From Octopus bimaculoides (Eukaryota): DNA of 64,000 nt. The translations under genes and the position numbers were made by a program. The notes under the pieces were generated by a model. The model searched no databases and was not told the DNA's origin. It saw only the letters and a program-made list of their open reading frames with translations. The stretch covers positions 74,789,945 through 74,853,944 of the forward strand of contig NC_068987.1 of assembly GCF_001194135.2 (NCBI RefSeq). The letters are read 5' to 3'. The number at the start of each line of letters is the position of its first letter. Position 1 is the first letter of the stretch. This document shows, one piece after another, positions 61,116 to 64,000 of the stretch.

Positions 61116-64000
61116 TCCTTGGTCCACTTCTGGATCATACCGAACTGCTGTGACTGCGCGTGATTTTATTGCTGAAATTATGCTTCTGGTATTCATCTTT
61201 GAAGCCAATATTTTTCTCACTCACCGCAGGTACACTCTTTTTGTTCATGTTGTTGTGTTTAATTCCATCTACCTCTAGTATTTATGGCTGGATTAGGGTT
61301 GAATTGTCTTCATCATTTCACTACTGGCAACCATATGCCTTCTGTCCTGACAAGCTTTTCTCTACTCGTCACCATTATTATTATTATTAGTAGTAGTAGT
61401 AGTATTAGTATCCAAGGCAGTGAGTTAGCAGAAGCATTACTGTACCAGACAAAATGCTTAGTTGCATTTCTTCAGAATGCTTTGAAGCTTTACATTCTGA
61501 GTTCAAATTCTGCCAAAGTCAGTTTTGCCTTTCATCCTTTTGGACATATGAAACGAGTAATCAACTTAACCCCTCCCCCAAAATTGCTAGCCTTGTACCA
61601 AAATTTAAAACCAGTATTATGACCATTGATTTCAATAATTCATCAAGTGTTTTCTTTCTTATCTCAAAAAGAATTAGGTACATTTTAGAACACATTCTAA
61701 GAAATATTCAACGTTGACAAACACAATATGAGAATCCCTCAACAATATTTGCAGACCTTAGTATTGTTATTATATTGAGATTATTGCAATCTCTGAATGT
61801 TTTGACTGAAGTGCTTTGTGCATCATTCCAATTACATCAAATATAAATGGAAGCATGGACGTGTATCGTAACTGCTGCGATGTTATTAATTCAGTAATTA
61901 AGTCAGTGAAATTCCTTGGCTTTTCTGTTTATTTCAACCTCAAATCATAGTCATCTAGTATTGCTATATTGATTATTTATGTAGTGTTGACTTGACATAT
62001 CTGGCTTATTATGTGTCATCTAGCAGTGTGTTTGCTGAATTTCCTTTGTATCTTTACGTTGTCATTTTTTTAAAACAGGTGAAGTTTCACATGAATATCA
62101 CAGAGTTTTAAGAGGTTTCAGCTAGGAGGTCAGTTATATGTAGAACTTTAAAGTACACTTTGGTGGGCTTGTAGCTTAACATCCAGGAAGGCTAATTAAT
62201 CTATGCCAGCTAACATTGTGGGTCACAGGACTGACGCCTTTGTCAAAATGCATGGGAATTTTGTTTGTGTCAGACTTGCCAGTGGAAAGCAACTGGAACA
62301 AGGTTATAAGCAAAGTAGACAGTTTTACCCAGAAACTGGCTAAGAGAAACTTATCCCTGAAAGGGCTATTCATCATCATCATCATCATCATCTTCATCAT
62401 CATCATTTTAACATTCACTTTTCCCTGCCTGCATGAATTGGACAGAATCCACCGAGACAGATTTTCTATGATTGGATACCCTTCCTGTCACCAACCCTTA
62501 CCTGTTTCCAAGCAAGGTAATATTTCCTCATGGCCAGATATGTTTTCAGGAAGATTAGAAATAAATGGTACTGCTTGTAAAATGGTGACACTTGTTTATA
62601 ACTAGTACACAGTGTCAAAACAAAGAGACACAAATACACCCATGCATGCACATACACACACATATATCTACTATAATAATACTCTTGTGTTTTTCTCCAT
62701 CACAACATATGAACAAGAAAGGAAGGGGTGATAGATGAATAAAGAAAGAAGGGGTGATGGCAAGCTGGTAGTGGGAGCATTTCGACTCTGTGAATATATG
62801 TGTGTGTGTGTATGTAAAAGGGAGGTATGTGAATATTTGTGTGTGTGTGTGTATGTAAAAGGGAGGTATGTGAATATTTGTGTGTGTGTGTGTTCATGCA
62901 TGCAATGGAATTGGGATGGTGAACATTCAATTCCCAAAAAAAATATCAAACAGTGTTTCAACTTCATGTGAGTATATAATTGATTACTGATTATATGCTT
63001 AATATATACCTAGAAACAGGTAAGAGTTGATGACAAGAAGGACATCCAATTGTAAAAAATCTTCCCACTAAACTTTATACAAGCCATACCAGCATGGAAA
63101 GTGGATGTTGTTTGAGGGAGATCTTGCTGCTCTTTCTTGGTGTTTGTGTGAGTATTCATAGACTCTCTTTTTGGCTTTTTTCAAAAATGTTTTCTATCAC
63201 TCATTTCTGAATTGATATACTACAGTGATTACGACCATTTTTTTTCTGTCCATGTCTCCCTTAAACCTACATTAGTCACCCAAAGGCAAAGATTATTGTA
63301 GAGTGAAGTTTTGTCAATCCTAGTACAAGTTTGTTGTTTGTTTTATTGATAATATTTCTGTCTGTTTCCTTTAACATACAATAGTAAGCACATGAGCCTA
63401 TATAAAAGCTGATCTATTGCATTCACAGTGTTACTTGTGAATGCAAATAACAAGAAGGATTTTCCCACCTGAGTTATTAAATCTATAACAGCTGCAGGCT
63501 TGGCAGTATGGTTAAAAATTTTGTTTCTCAACCATATGTTTTTGGGTTTAATCTCACTGCATGACATATTGGCCAAGTGTCTTCGATAGCTCTGGGCTGG
63601 CTGGTTTTGTGAGTGGATTTGGTAGAAAGAATCTGAAAGAAGCTTGTTATATATATATATATATATATATATAGTTCAAAAACACAATAACAAAAAAACA
63701 AAAAAACAACAAAGTGAGGACGTGATATGGATAGTATTATTGGACGCTCAGGAAAGGAAAGAGAGAGTGTATGATGTTTCGGGCGTAGCCCTTCGTCGGA
63801 AAGATGGAAAGTTCGGAGAAATATATATATATATATATATATATATAATAAATTAGATAGAGAACTAATAATTGACAATCTAGCAATTTATTACATCATA
63901 ATATGATACAATATACTATGAAATATAATATAATATAACATAACACAACATAACCAATTTAAAAAAATAAATAAAGCCAGCAATTTGTTTCGACTGATAT

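Overview
AT-rich, microsatellite- and retroelement-dense animal genomic DNA. The repeat landscape looks like an octopod cephalopod (inference). There are seven assembly gaps: 4127-4136, 9006-9266, 20606-21020, 22261-22391, 32584-33033, 38842-39037 and 48546-48589. Two host genes can be read, both on the + strand. (1) patched: 23 GT-AG exons from 1116 to the TAG at 32216-32218. The phases join without a break into 1192 codons plus stop, and the 5' end lies upstream of the window. It carries a 13-unit, 9-aa tandem repeat in the central cytoplasmic loop, and no PPxY motif in the visible cytoplasmic regions. (2) An intronless 652-aa ORF (52095-54053) collinear with vertebrate THEMIS, with two CABIT domains. 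The rest is RTE, CR1, R4-like and Gypsy relics, several tRNA-derived SINE families, a mariner relic and hAT/piggyBac-type MITEs. The most notable non-coding observation is a type I hammerhead ribozyme (59420-59493) with a compensatory U3-A8 core pair. It sits inside a terminally redundant 363-bp unit resembling a retrozyme or Penelope-like element. There are also several long hairpins, some containing partial hammerhead motifs. All alignments were done by eye from recalled family motifs; no database search was run, and TE boundaries are approximate.
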